DNA from: the human T2T-CHM13v2.0 reference genome, Homo sapiens
Assembly (NCBI RefSeq): GCF_009914755.1
Contig: NC_060931.1
Direction: 5' to 3' (one strand)
Length of the DNA: 64,000 bases
The notes beneath the pieces were generated by a model, which saw nothing but the letters and a program-made list of their open reading frames with translations, was not told the DNA's origin and ran no database searches. This document shows, in pieces, positions 43,061-56,144 of the stretch; positions within the stretch are counted from its first letter, which is position 1; every line of letters begins with the position of its first letter. A program made the position numbers and the translations under genes.

Positions 43061-44189
43061 GGTTACTAGTGTAAATTTTATGTTATTTATATTGTACCAC
43101 AATAAAAATGGAGAAAAAATGTTAATAGGCATTCACTCTAGAAGACTATGGCTGATTTGTACTTTCTTCTTTTGGCGTTTATGCAATTTCCAAGTTTTCT
43201 ACAATGATTATATTATTCCCGTGACCAGGAAAATATAGTAATAATCATAATCATGTTCCTTCATATTCGTATGGCTCTTTACATTTTTCAGTTAGCTTGC
43301 ATATGTTATATCATCTAATCCTTTTAATAACCCTGTGATGGAAGCTGGAGAGATACCTTTAATGCCATTTTTATAAAAGAGAAAACTTTCTAGAAATTTG
43401 AAGAACTTGCCCATGTCACAATGCCCAAACCTTCTGACCTCTTGTTCAGTGCTTCTTCCATAATGCCTCACTGCTTTTCCTGGCATGTTAGAATCTCCAG
43501 GGACAAGAATCCTCCTCACTACCAACGTGTCACACACTGTGCAGGATCTGGTCTCCAGCCTCACGGCAGGCATGCACCCAGATCACCTGAGTCTGGTGGT
43601 TTTGATCTCCGCCTGCAAGTCTACTCAAAGTGGATTGTAGTCTCCTTTGGGCATTCCACAGTCAAGAAGATCTTTGTATCTCACTGGATACCATCTTAAT
43701 TCTCACTGCAGTGAGACACAAAACAATTGAGAAATCACTGGGTTCTAGACATTGCAAACAATACCCCAGGGACTGCTCTTTTTTATGGCTAGAGTGGTCA
43801 GTGCATGGGGTGGGAGCCCTGGGCTGGAAGTCTGAATGCCTAAATCGGTTTCTTGCTTTTCCACTGCCTTAACTTGGGGTCTCCAGCACGTTTTTTTTAT
43901 TTCTCTGAGCTTCCTGTCAAGTGAATTGCTGATGATTGGTTCTATAAATGTTTATAAGACAGTATTAGGTCCTCACATACCATCAACTACATACCCCATT
44001 TCATCTGGTTTCCACCCACAGCCCCTTGGGTAAAAGTCAGCTCTTTGCATAGGCATCTCCCCAAACTTGACAGCCTTGCATGAATGAGAAGCTTCGGGGC
44101 CCAGCCTGTTTGGGGGGGTGGAGGAGGAAGGCTTTCATGTGCAAGAGTCTTCTAACTCCACCTGGTAATGTTCTGTTATGTTTCCACAG

Positions 44190-44213
44190 TTATCTCTAAA
44201 GACTCTTCGGTGA
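44190..44213 (+). CDS. WIPF3: WIPF3 terminal exon coding part: LSLKTLR-stop
   Basis: tttccacag acceptor (44181-44189); TTA TCT CTA AAG ACT CTT CGG TGA in phase 0; matches the C-terminus I recall for WIPF3. Confidence 0.88.
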   Translation, partial: LSLKTLR

Positions 44214-44774
44214 GAAGACAGATGAAGCGAAGGTCCTGGGGTTCCAGGTTGCAGAACAACATGTCAGACCCCACCCACCCCATGCTCAAGCTGTAATTCA
44301 GTTGGCATACAGGCTTGGAATTGAGAATTTATTTATTGTAAATATGTGATTTGCACGGGCTTTAAAGCAGTATTTTAATTGACTTTTATTTCGGTAATAT
44401 TTTTTAAAACACCCCTCATTTTTCCATTTTTTGCATTGCATCTTGGCATTTGTCAGCACAGATAGAGCCCTGTCCCTCCACCTAGTGCCCACTCCATGAC
44501 TGTGAATCTGCTTGCAGGCTGGCCCTTCCTAGATTCTGAACCGTTTGTAGAGAGTCCTTAGTTTGCAGGTAGCCCCAAAGTTATAAATATCCACAACGGC
44601 TTCTTATTGGCATAATTTCATATTCTCATCACACTAACTGCAAAATCAAACCAAATAATGCCTTATCAATGATGCAGCTCAGAGGAAGTAGTGTGTCCCC
44701 CACACCCAGACAGTGCCGCGCAGCCTCCAGGGAACGAGGTGCCATGTCTCGCTTCCATTTTGCAGTACAGGGAA

Positions 44775-44806
<32 letters not shown>

Positions 44807-46131
44807 CCTAATGTAATACATCACAAAGTAAAGGCAAGAGTGGGCTTGGCCCTCCGATGCCAACCACAGGGCCCCTTTTGTAACTGAATAATCCTCCAAG
44901 TAGCCAGTGCTCCTACTGTTTACAGTGTCCCTCGTGCCCAAGTCTCTGTCACTTTCATCCTGTTCCCTCCAAGTTCCCAGTCCCATCCCAGTAGCCAGCT
45001 TTATGAGATTTTGGTATTTCTTCCCTACAGATTAAAAACATACACAACTCATCATTATGCTAAACTACCAGTTGTATCTCAGAGGTCTCCCCTTCTGCCC
45101 TTGCTTCGAGTGTGGACTTCCATGGAAAATATGACATGAAAAAGTGTAGAACGAAACATCGTGTGAAATACCTGCCACAAATACCTAGTGCCTCACTGCC
45201 CCCATCTTAGGATCCTTGGAGCCACCCGTCAGGCAAAACCTAGCTCCCTTCTGAGCTAAAGGAGAACCTTGCCTGACAACTCCACATTCATTCCCTTGTG
45301 GTGGGCACCTGTCTGTGGGGAGATGTGTGCAAGCTCAGCCACTCTGAATATGGAAAAGGTCAGGCCGGGCTGGTCCTGCTCTTCACTCCCTCTTCTTGAT
45401 CCTGTAGGGAGTGGAAATGTGTTTTTGCTTGCTGCCTGACCCCTGATGTTCCCCATCTTTGGTCGGGGAAGACTGTGACAGAGGAAGGAGAAAAAATAGA
45501 AGGAAACAGACTGATCCCTGGGCTGTGCTCAAAATAGCTGCCCTTTAAAGGAAATCAGGCAGGGAGGGGAGGGAAACCAGCGAAAAAGAAATTTGCTTTG
45601 CAACAACCCACGCACACATTCACCCCTGAAGTATATCATGAACAGACCAAGCCATCCAGAAAGGCAGCCGGTCAGGAGGGTGTGGGCAAACATGACTGCA
45701 TCTGCCTCACTGTTGTCTGGAGTAACGACTCAGGTGGTGTCCTGCAGCAGTGCTGTGCTTTCTCATTCCAGATGGAAGCAAGTGAGCCAGGGTCAAATTC
45801 CCTTCTCCAGGGGAATGAATCAAGCCCAAACTGTAACAGCTAAATAAGTAGAAGTTTTTGCAGGTCATCAGCTCTGGGCATAACTAATTTGTTTTATTGG
45901 TTCTGGAAGATTTCCAAAAAGCCAGAATTTATTATTATAACAGTGTCCACTCCACTGCCCTCACAGTTGTGTAAAATAATTATAGAAGTTTTAATGATCC
46001 TGATTAAGAAGACCCTAGACAAAGGCAATTCCACCTTCAGAGTAGACTGCCTGCCCTAATGAGGTGTTTAGACATTCGTGTCTCCTATGGCTGGGATGGA
46101 AATTAAAATAACACTATTTAAGGACAGAGCG

Positions 46132-46459
<328 letters not shown>

Positions 46460-46735
46460 TTAGGGAGAAATCTCAGGAATGTGGCATCCCATCTCCCCTT
46501 GAGACCTATCACTGAATTCACAACCCTTCGAGCTCATGCTGGTGCACTGAGTCCCTTGGGCGCTGTAAAGGTTTAACCCCTTGACTGTAAACTCAGACTT
46601 AGAGACATCTGAGTCACACAGTCCCCGCCATTGTCACATATTCTCACTGACACTGCAGTCTGTGACTCCTCCAATGTTTCACGTGTATTTTATATTTATT
46701 GATGTCTCCTTCCGCAGATTCATTTCTTTGTACTT

Positions 46736-46741
46736 AATAAA
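46736..46741 (+). terminator. WIPF3 polyadenylation signal AATAAA
   Basis: AATAAA preceded by TGTA/U-rich sequence and followed by GU/U-rich gtcgtttccttgtt. Confidence 0.75.
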
Positions 46742-47219
46742 CTTTAGTAAGTGGAAATGCTTCCAGTCGTTTCCTTGTTAAAACCCATCGGTGGTCACCA
46801 GTATCAATCTAAACCAAACATTTTTAAGGATCAGGAGAAGTTGAAGTTCTAAGAATGATAGAAAAAAAATAGATATTTACATGGATACGGTGCTTGCTGT
46901 AACATACTGTGTTAGAAACAGGGCCTTTCTTTCTTGAGCTAACTAGCCTAATTGGTATTTGGAAAAAACAAGCAAGAAAAAAAAAATTTCTCAGGTGCAT
47001 TTTTTAAAAAGTAGATAACACTATATTTATTCAGTTTGATTAACACAGAATGGGCAGTGTATTGCTTATAAATTCTGCTAAATTGTGTTGAAATAGAACA
47101 ACCTTCCCTCTACGTGCACTTAGTCCCCACTCCCAACTCAGCAAACCCCCCAAAAAAGCCTCCTGTAGGAACAGAATCATCTTGAATCCCCCTGTAGTAT
47201 TTTAAGGTGGACCTTTGGG

Positions 47220-47460
47220 AACAGGGTTCAGGGGAGGTGAGATTTATCTGCTAGGCAAGCTATCTCAGAGCTAGTGCTTAGAAGGCAAACCAGGATCTGA
47301 ATCTCCATTTTGCCTCTTACAAGTTGCCTCTTACAATCTGTGCCTCAGCTTCCTCATTTGTCAAAAGGGGACATAAATATGTACCCGAGTGTATATTGGT
47401 GAAGATTCAATGATGTAATACACATGGGCAAGCCCTCAACCCTTGGATCACAACGGAGCC
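47220..47460. mobile_element. MIR
   Basis: TGCCTCAGCTTCCTCATTTGTCAAAAGGGG core. Confidence 0.65.
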
Positions 47461-48030
47461 AGTGATGCACACCCTGCACCCCGGGGAGCAGCCAGTTTGC
47501 TGGTTCCATGCTTGGGCACAAACAGGGCTCTGCTGGCTGCATCCCAGGCACTTCATTCAGTATTTGCTGAGCTACTCAGACCACACTTCACTAACTCTGC
47601 TGCTGGATAACAATGAGAGAGCAGTCATTAAAATTCATAGATGTTCCTGAAATAAATCTCATCTAGAAACTAATTTCAAAGCTGGTTACTACACACTTTG
47701 CATCAGAATTAGTTAAGGGGCCGTTTTATTGCTCTCTTATTGGTGGAGGTACAGATTGGCTCTTTGATGGCCAAAAGGGCCAGTCTGAATGGGGAAGAAA
47801 AAGTAAGGGCCGAAGATAATCTACAAAGTGGATGATGAACTTCAGAGTCACATTGAGCATGGCCGTGGTGAAGTAGCTAGAAGTGTAAGCACCTTTTATG
47901 GAGCTAAGTGTGAGAGACGTGCTTCCTAGAGAGGGAGCAAGTTAATGGGAAGGGCCATGGACTCCAGAAGCAAGTTCCAAATTCTCAGACGGTGCCCCGG
48001 GAGGCTTCAGCATCCTCCACCCACCCATTC

Positions 48031-48503
48031 TGTTATGGGTCGAATTGTGTCCCCACAAAAATCCATAGGTTGAAGAAGTCCTAACCCCCAGTACCTCAGA
48101 ATGTGACCTTATTTAGAAATAGGCCCATTGCAGATATCGTTAGTTAAGATGAGGTCATACTGGATTAGGGTGGGCCCCTGATGCGATATGACTGGTGTCC
48201 TTATAAAATGAAGAAATTGGACACAGACATAGACACAGGGAGAACGCCACATGAAGATGAAGGCAGAGATAATCAGGATGCTGCTTCTATGGGTCCCAAA
48301 GTGCTGAAGATTGCCAGCAAGCCACCAGAAGGTGGGCAAGAGACATGAAACACATTCTTTCTCACAGCCCTCAGAAGGAACCAACCCTGCAGATGTCTTA
48401 TTCCTGGGACGTCTGGGCTCCAGAACTGTGAACCAGGAAATTTCTCCTGGTTACGCTGCCCAGTTTGTGGTACTTTGTGACGGCAGCCCCAGCAAAAGAA
48501 TAC
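48031..48503 (+). mobile_element. MLT1B/C/D-type MaLR LTR in the intergenic gap
   Basis: TGTTATGGGTCGAATTGTGTCCCC...GAATACA termini. Confidence 0.85.
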
Positions 48504-48869
48504 AGGCTTTGTCACCCAGAGCTTTGCAGGAGGGTACAATGTTTATGAAAAGAGAGCTGGGAATAAAATTTCAGAATTAGCAGCTCCTTATCATGTAAAC
48601 AGAGCAGTCATCTACCCTGACCTTGAAATAGGTCATTCATTGCAGGTGACTAAGTCCTATCTTCACGAGCAAGACATTCAGTTGCGTTTTACCTGTCACA
48701 GTGGAGAGTCATGGAAAGCAAGCTGGCATTTCTGGGTCACAGGAGTGAAGAGAGCTGGCTTTTTCCCTAAGTGGCATCCTCTCCTGTTGTGGCATTGCTG
48801 ATGCCTTGGAATCAAGATGTCTGGCACAGAGTACCAGCCACTCTGATGATCTAGACTTCCATTCTAATA

Positions 48870-49630
48870 ACTATGGTAAAATACACATAAAGTCTACCAT
48901 GCTTACCATGTTTAGTGCTTAATTCATTCGTGTTGCGTACATTCATATTGTTGTACAACCGTCACCACCATCCCTCTCCATAACTTATCTTGCGAAACTT
49001 TCTGAAACTCTATACTCATTAAACAGTAACTCCCAATTTCTCCCCCACCTCCAGCCCCTAGCAACCACCCTTCTAATTTCCGTCTCTGTGATTTTGACTG
49101 CTCTAGGTACCTCATAGAAATGAAACCATATAATATTCGTGACTGGTTGATTTCACAGAGCATAACATCCTTAAGGTTCATCCATGTAGCATGTCAGAAT
49201 CTGCTTCCACTTTTTAAGGATGAATAATATTCCATTGTATGGATAGAACACATTTTGTTTCTCCATTCTTCCATCTGTGGATATTTGAGTTGCTTCCAGA
49301 TTTTAGCACTGTGAATAGTGCTACTATGAACATGGGTGTGCAACCTCTCTTCCAGACCCTACTTTCAATTCTTTTGTGTATACCCAGAAGTGGGATTGCC
49401 CGATTATACAGCAGTTCTGTTTTTCATTTTTTGAGCAACTCCATACTGTTTCCCACAATGGATGCACTGTTTTACATTCCCACCAACAGTACATAAGGGT
49501 TCCAATTTCTCCACATCCTCACCCACATTTGTTATTTTCTGGTTGTGGTTTTTTGTTGTTGTTGTTGTTTTTGTTTTCAATAGTAGCTATCCTGACGGGT
49601 GTGAGGTGATATTTCGTTGTGGTTTTATAT
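48870..49630 (-). mobile_element. L1M 3' fragment (antisense)
   Basis: Antisense L1MA/MB 3' end text. Confidence 0.85.
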
Positions 49631-49819
49631 TTAAAGACTGAATTTATCCACAGAACATTACATGATGCAAGAAACTGCTGAACTGACTGTTTTCTAAAGA
49701 TTCTAGCCAGAAAAATATATCCATTCTCATACATTTTCTATATTGCGACTGAGGCCCACGTTTATTCACGAGACACAAAACAGAAGAGGCCACTCCACTG
49801 GATGTTAATTTCAGTTTTT

Positions 49820-49825
49820 TTTATT
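49820..49825 (-). terminator. SCRN1 polyadenylation signal (AATAAA on - strand)
   Basis: TTTATT on + strand at the end of a long repeat-poor stretch contiguous with the SCRN1 stop codon. Confidence 0.7.
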
Positions 49826-51307
49826 GTATGCTTGATGCATTTAGAGACAATTCCAAGGGCAAGCACTGGATAGGGATATTATCTGCTTTGTAGATATTTG
49901 TACAAAAGACTGTTAAGACTACATGGCCAGTTCCCACTGCAGGAAACAGAATGATTTTCTTTTTTTTTTATTATTATTCCCTGCCAATAGCATTTTCCAT
50001 CTAACACATTTAAATTCTCACAGCATAATTGCAAACATGTACATATTGGTTCCCACGAGAAATCTGCAGGTGACATTTCGGGATGTTTGGAGTCAATCAG
50101 ATAAAGCACATTATGACAGAAACCATAAGAGGGGAGCTGGGACCTGGGACTGTGCAGAATGAAAAGCCACGGCTACGGGAAGCATAAGCTTGTGCTGCAA
50201 CGGCATGTGCACATGACCTGCTGCTCCTGGCCCTCTACGAAGCATGCCCAGCAAGGGAACCTCCTCCGTCACTCCTCCACGTGCTTCCTTCCTAAGGCTG
50301 AGAGCTCAACTGAAGACCTTCCCCAATAAATGACAGATGGCTCTTCAGTCAGGAATGCAGTTAGTGGTTTCATGACAGACACACTGGTCCCACCCGGCTT
50401 CCCTGCTGAACCACCCAGTACTGAATAACACCTGTACCAATGTGGGATGACATCAGCTAGGAAGCAAAGTAATTTGCCTGGTTGATGATTATTTTTTATA
50501 CCTAATGATTCACCCAATAGTAAAGGAACCCCACAGCTAAGGTCTAACAGGCATATACCTGCTCTGTTAGTTTATAAGAAAGACTCGTTCTAATAACACC
50601 AGGTCTTATATTATTGAGCACTAAGGAACCTCCATAATTTCGATTATATTCTACCTAAAATTTCAAAGCACCTCCAAGAATGAAAGGGTACTATTTCTGC
50701 TTTGCTAATTTACTCCTGCCAGAGCTTCTGTCCTTGAATATGAGGGCTATCTTCACCTATAGTAAATCCCATCTATTAGACAAGACTAGCTAGCTTATGT
50801 TTGGTTATGGGGCAAGGGAGTGGGGGAGAGATTCTGTCCTTTCTGGCTATGGCTTCTTTCTGCACAAGCATGCTCAGCCCCCACCCCAGTCTGAAAAGAT
50901 ACACAAAGGGTTTCCTAGGAAGCTACTTATACACTATGACCCTTAAACATAATTTTTGTATTTCATCTTGAATATTCATGTTCCCTATACTGCCTTCAGA
51001 AAAGCAATCCCTGGTCCACAAATTATTCATGTAACAAGCATTTTTCAAAAGCAAAATCTGTTAGGAACATTTAAAAATGAACATTCCTCACTATAACAGC
51101 CTGCTCAAAACCCAACAACCTATTTCCAGCTGTTAATATAAGTACATAAAGTCACTAAAAGTAAGCGCAGCCACATCAGCAGATTCTCTGCTCTCTTGTC
51201 GTCTTTCTCCACCCATCCCAATGCACAACTGTCAACTGTGCTTATAGACCACCTCCAGACCTGATGGGAGCTGCCACACCCCTTTTAACTTTTGCCAGGC
51301 TGTACCA

Positions 51308-51320
51308 TGCCCTCTAGTGG
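51308..51320 (-). promoter_or_regulatory. CTCF core motif CCACTAGAGGGCA
   Basis: Exact match to the CCASYAGRKGGCR consensus; occupancy not shown. Confidence 0.55.
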
Positions 51321-53650
51321 TAGGACTAGGACATCACAATTGTGGTGCAGAGTATTAGCCAAGACAGCTCTCAATTAGGGTTGCCTTCTTTAAGATGCTT
51401 GACCAAGGTCAATGTACCCTAACAGAAGTAGCCATTGTGTTTCCCAATGGGTAATGACATAAAGCGGGTAGGGTTATCCATGGCCTTTGTTTGGCCCATA
51501 GAAATGAAAGGAGGCTTCTGTGTAATTAATTCTTACTAGACTTCTTTTGATCAAATCCTGAATCACCTTGGTTATCTCAGACATGTCAGGTCTGATGAGA
51601 CATTTCATAGTAGGCGAAGGTGAAATCACTCAGTGAGATTTTAGAGCAGCTTTCTGTATCATCTTGCTTTACATAGCCACTTGGAACATGGACTTGGGAG
51701 GGGAGAGTTACCTACGTCATCCTCGAACCTCACTTTCCCCCCCCCTTAACAGTGATAGAAAGACACTTTTAGAATAGCCGCCCCACCTAAAAGGACACTC
51801 TAAATTCACCAACAGTGAAAGCCCAGGCCAAACCTGCGTGAAGCTCTTAGCAGCTACAGGCCACCATTATTGGTTGCCATTAACTCTGTCAGCTGAAATC
51901 GTCTTCCCATCACCCACAATGTGTGGTTAATGATTTTATATACAGAGTTTACAAAACTGCTGACTAAAAAGCTCATGGCACTCCTATACTCACGCTCTGG
52001 AGAGTTGGTAGAAAAAAAGAATGTGTTCTGATAAAACCTCTGATCCTCACTGTTCACATCCATGTAACAGGGCTCGGTCCCCTCAAAATCTCATGATACA
52101 GCTTCTGGGAAGGAGTTATTAACCCTGTCACTTCCCAGATTGCTGATACTCACAATGTTTCCATTTGCAGATTCCTGCCAAGAATGATGAGGCAGGATTA
52201 GGCCCAACTGGTGCTCTCCCACTAGCTGCTGTATTTACATACACTTCTGTTCATCATCTCTGCCCGTTTCAGGAGTAGCTGAGAGCTTGAATAGGTGGCG
52301 GTAAGCTCCCACCACCACCCCATGCCCAGTGCAGCTACCCGCCTGAATGAAGGCAGCTCCTGGGACATGTGAGGTGTGAGGAGTGGGGGGAAGATCCAGG
52401 GAAGTCAGCTGCTTTGTATTTGGGTTTGTGGGATGTAATGGCCTTGGCAGGAATGGTGGGGCCTGAACTGGTATCCTGCAGAGAAATGCTTCTATATCCA
52501 TCTATCACCTCCTTGCCCTCTGTCTTCCCAATGCTAAGCCCATCTGGTCTTCCTTGCATGCTTTTCTATGCTCTGGTGGTAAGTCAAATCCTTTAAGTGA
52601 ACCCGACATTGGAAACAAATCAGTTTAATTAAAGTCTCTCTGCTGAGATAATGTAGTGACTGCTAGGATTCCAGATATTTAACTAGAATCTAAATAGTCA
52701 AGAGTTCTTCCTTTTCTTTCCCTCCTTGGCTGAGAGATTCACTACTCTGGGTGGAACTGTGCCATAGGGCCATTCAATTACTCCTAGACTAGCTGTTGGT
52801 AACTAGACTGGGAATCATTTCTACACAAGGAATCCTGTGATGGCTGTGCTGCTGTGTGGGGAGAGCTGCCTCCTGGGACATCCATGCAGTGATTCAGAAG
52901 GCCACCAGCATGGCTATGTCTGAATCTCGGAAGTGAATAGGTTCCAGCTAACAAATTATCAGCTCTCCTGTAAGTGGAAGCAGCTCTGCAGTCCACCACA
53001 CATAAGCACAGCGCATGGAAAATGGGAAGACAGCTTCTTCAGGAGCCCAGGATGTAGGAAGGAGCCAGGACTGGAGAGGGGTCCCTTTCTTCCTTCCAAT
53101 TGGTTCTGCCCCCCAGAAGACACCTGTAGAGACACTGTGCACTACAGGCATGCACTCACGGGAGGCCACGGAGGGTCCCCTTGACAACACACACAAGAGC
53201 CCTGTGTGTGTGCACAAATGCCTCTTGTTAACCTGAAAGAAACCGCTACTGAGGGAAAGACTAAGACTTCAAAAGAATTTGCTTTTCCCGCCAACTCGGC
53301 ACTGTGAAGCCTGCCTTTCAAGGCTTGATGAACTCTAGTCCTCTTGTAAAAGGCTAATGTGTCCATTGCCACTGAAATACAATAATAGCAGCTTAAAATC
53401 CACAATTAGTCACACAACCGAACAACAGGCAACGGGATACATGTTACACTGCACAGGAAGGAGACCTACATTGCAGAAGGGGACGCTGTGAGATTCAAGG
53501 TGGAACACAAGGTAACAGTTTGATCTGGCTTCAGAAAAGGAGGCCACATATTAACTTTCTCATTTTACTCAAACAGGAGAGTGGTTTGTTTTGCTGGTAA
53601 TTTAGTAAGGTGGGAAGTCTTAAATAAGAAGGGGAAAGGGAACGCTTACT

Positions 53651-53809
53651 TCACTTAAAGAACTTAATCTCCGTGTCAACACAGTCATAGAAAAGGTCCC
53701 CCACTTCCGCAGGGTCCAGTGGCTCGGAGCTGGTCAGGATTTCTTCCATGGCTTCCAGGCCTTGCTTCTCCAGCTCCAGCATGGTGCTCCTCAGCTTGCG
53801 ACCTTGCTC
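53651..53809 (-). CDS. SCRN1: Secernin-1 last coding exon: EQGRKLRSTMLELEKQGLEAMEEILTSSEPLDPAEVGDLFYDCVDTEIKFFK-stop
   Basis: Minus-strand tccttcctcag acceptor (AG at 53810-53811); 159 nt = 52 codons + TGA; recognised secernin-1 C-terminus. Confidence 0.95.
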   Translation of the reverse strand, partial: EQGRKLRSTMLELEKQGLEAMEEILTSSEPLDPAEVGDLFYDCVDTEIKFFK

Positions 53810-53889
53810 CTGAGGAAGGACACGACTGCTTTAGGTGTCAGCAAAATAGCAGGGGACATTGCAGCGGACACTGAAACCCTCTAGGGGGC

Positions 53890-54440
53890 CAGCTGGCTTC
53901 CTGCTCAAGGTCCTGTCCTCCCCACACTCCGTTTCACACACGACTGCCGCAGGGATTGTTCTAGAATGCCAGTATGATTATGTCACTGCCCGGCTTAGAA
54001 CACCTGCACAGCTTTCTGCTGCCTTCAGGACAAAGCCCAGACCCCAGAGTGACACTGAGGGAAGGCCCTTCTGACATCCAAGACCACTTCCCCTGCATCT
54101 CCCCACTCCTCAGCTGGACTGAATTCACTGTAGCCCTCCAGCCTCTGCTGCTGTCTCGCCCCTGCACAGGTGGCCCTGCCCTCTGGAGGGCCATCCCCTT
54201 TCTCAGCGCTTGGTCGACGTGCACCCATCTTCAGCTTCCTTGCAAAGCCTTTCCTCTTCCCCGCACAGTGCCACACCGTTCCCCCTGCCATGGGCGCTGT
54301 CTCCCACCTTGTGCTGGCTTGCCTCTGCAGCTGTGGCCCCTTGGATGGGAACTGGGCTCATTTCTATCCTCCAGTGACTGGGAGGGCACTCTCAAAAAAT
54401 GTTCATTGAATGAAAAAAAAAATGGATCAATGAATAAACA
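53890..54440. mobile_element. L2 remnant
   Basis: L2-like body ending AAATGTTCATTGAATGAA. Confidence 0.6.
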
Positions 54441-55420
54441 GGTGCCATGTCTCTCCCCTGTTCACTCTTTTTCTGAGATGGTGAGTTCACTTCTTCCATG
54501 GGACTCACTCATTTATGGCAGATGACAGTGAAAGCTTTCATTTGCCCCATGAGTCCCAGAACTGAGAAGCTGCTCTCACCACCCGCCCACCACTGCTTCA
54601 TGCAGCATCATGTGACTCCACCTGAGAGTCATTTGTAAATTTCAAAACCCACCAGCCTCAGCAGCCTCATCTTGAACACACAGCCCTTTCTACCTCTTCA
54701 TTCTAATGAACCAAATACCCAAAACACCATACACCACACAGCGACAGTTTTCATCTACTTGGGGCTTATGGTCATCCACCAAGAACATAAGCACTATCAG
54801 GAACTAATGTGGACAGCCCTGGAGAAAACACAGTTGAATGCAGTGGCAGCATGCATGCTTCCGATTATCTGCCAGCCTTTTTAGGCTGGCAGGGAGGAGA
54901 GATGTAAAATAACTGTGCGACCTTTACGTGTCAAATGGTCACTTCTATGGAAGAGAAGGGCAAGCTCTCAGAAAAGTGAGACAGCCCTTCTCAGAGATGC
55001 TTTCTGAATTCATCTGGATTTATTGCTTGGATTTTTCTCTTGATATCCTTTTTCTATAGTCCACCATGTCAAATGCAAGAGGCTCACACAGTCCACAGCA
55101 CCAATTTACACAAAAGGTCCCCCTTTTGGGCCCTTCAGGCCAGTTTGGACCTATTAAAAGTTGTTACATAAATAGTTGGGGAAAACTGATGAGTGTCTAA
55201 CAAGCACGTTCCTTCTTCCTCTCTTCAGCAAAATATAGGCTTGAATTTATATAAAGTCCATCGGGGTGGCTGCTGTGGACACACTGGGTGCTGTGGAACG
55301 TGCTTTGGGTGGTTTTCTTGTTTGAATTGATGACTTATCACTTTATTAACCAAAGGTGTGGGACTGGGGAGAGCTGCACTTTGAAGGATTACGACTTCTT
55401 TTTTAAAACTAGGAATATGA

Positions 55421-55565
55421 GTCTGGGCGCGGTGGCTCCTGCTTGTAATCCCAGCACTTTGGGAGGCAGAAGCAGGTGGATTGCTTGAGCTCAGGAGTTC
55501 AAGACCAGCCTGGCCAACAGGGTGAAACCCCGTCTCTACTAAAAATACAAAAAAAAAAAAAAAAA
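55421..55565 (+). mobile_element. Alu left monomer only, with A-tail and TSD CTAGGAATATGAG
   Basis: TSD at 55409-55421 and 55568-55580. Confidence 0.9.
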
Positions 55566-55589
55566 CCCTAGGAATATGAGAATATTTTC

Positions 55590-55740
55590 TAAAACTATGT
55601 TTGTACTATGGTAAAACATATGTATTATAACATAAGATTGACCATTTAAAAACTTTAAAATGTATAGTTCAGTGCATTAAGCTCATTCACAATGTTGTGC
55701 AACCAGCACCACCAGCCAACTCCAGAACTTTTTTGAAACA
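55590..55740 (-). mobile_element. L1M 3' tip (antisense)
   Basis: ATGGTAAAACATA...CATTCACAATGTTGTGCAACCA. Confidence 0.7.
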
Positions 55741-56144
55741 ACATATGATTGTATCTTTAATAAAATGTTGCCAGCAAATAACAACTTTTTACCCCCAAAA
55801 GTACATAAGGAATTTTACACAATATATAACAGTTATCCCTAACGTACTGCATATTCCTATTATTCCTACGTAAACAGTAAATGTAAGTAAGATACTCAGC
55901 CTGCTGAATTCCAAAATAACATGAGAAGCAGAAGCTTTGTCTTATTTGGTTTCAAGAGCCTGGGCAGGAAAATGGACACCAGCCTTCTAGGAAAGGCCCC
56001 AGGAACCTGGTCTCTGGGAGAAGCCCGGTCACACTGGATGGGTGGGGGTAGGGTCTAGCTTGACATCTGCTTCCCTGCCTCCTTCCTCGCTGACCTCGCC
56101 CGCCCGCCTCCGCCTCCGCCTCTGTGGCCCTCATGCAAGCTCAC

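Larger units (their letters stand above)
49800..53650 (-). other. SCRN1: SCRN1 3'UTR (~3.85 kb; end approximate)
   Basis: Unique sequence between the SCRN1 TGA and the polyA signal. Confidence 0.72.

Noticed and set aside
52327-52333. Single miR-148/152 seed match (TGCACTG) in the SCRN1 3'UTR
   Set aside because: One 7-mer in ~3.85 kb is not far from chance without conservation data.
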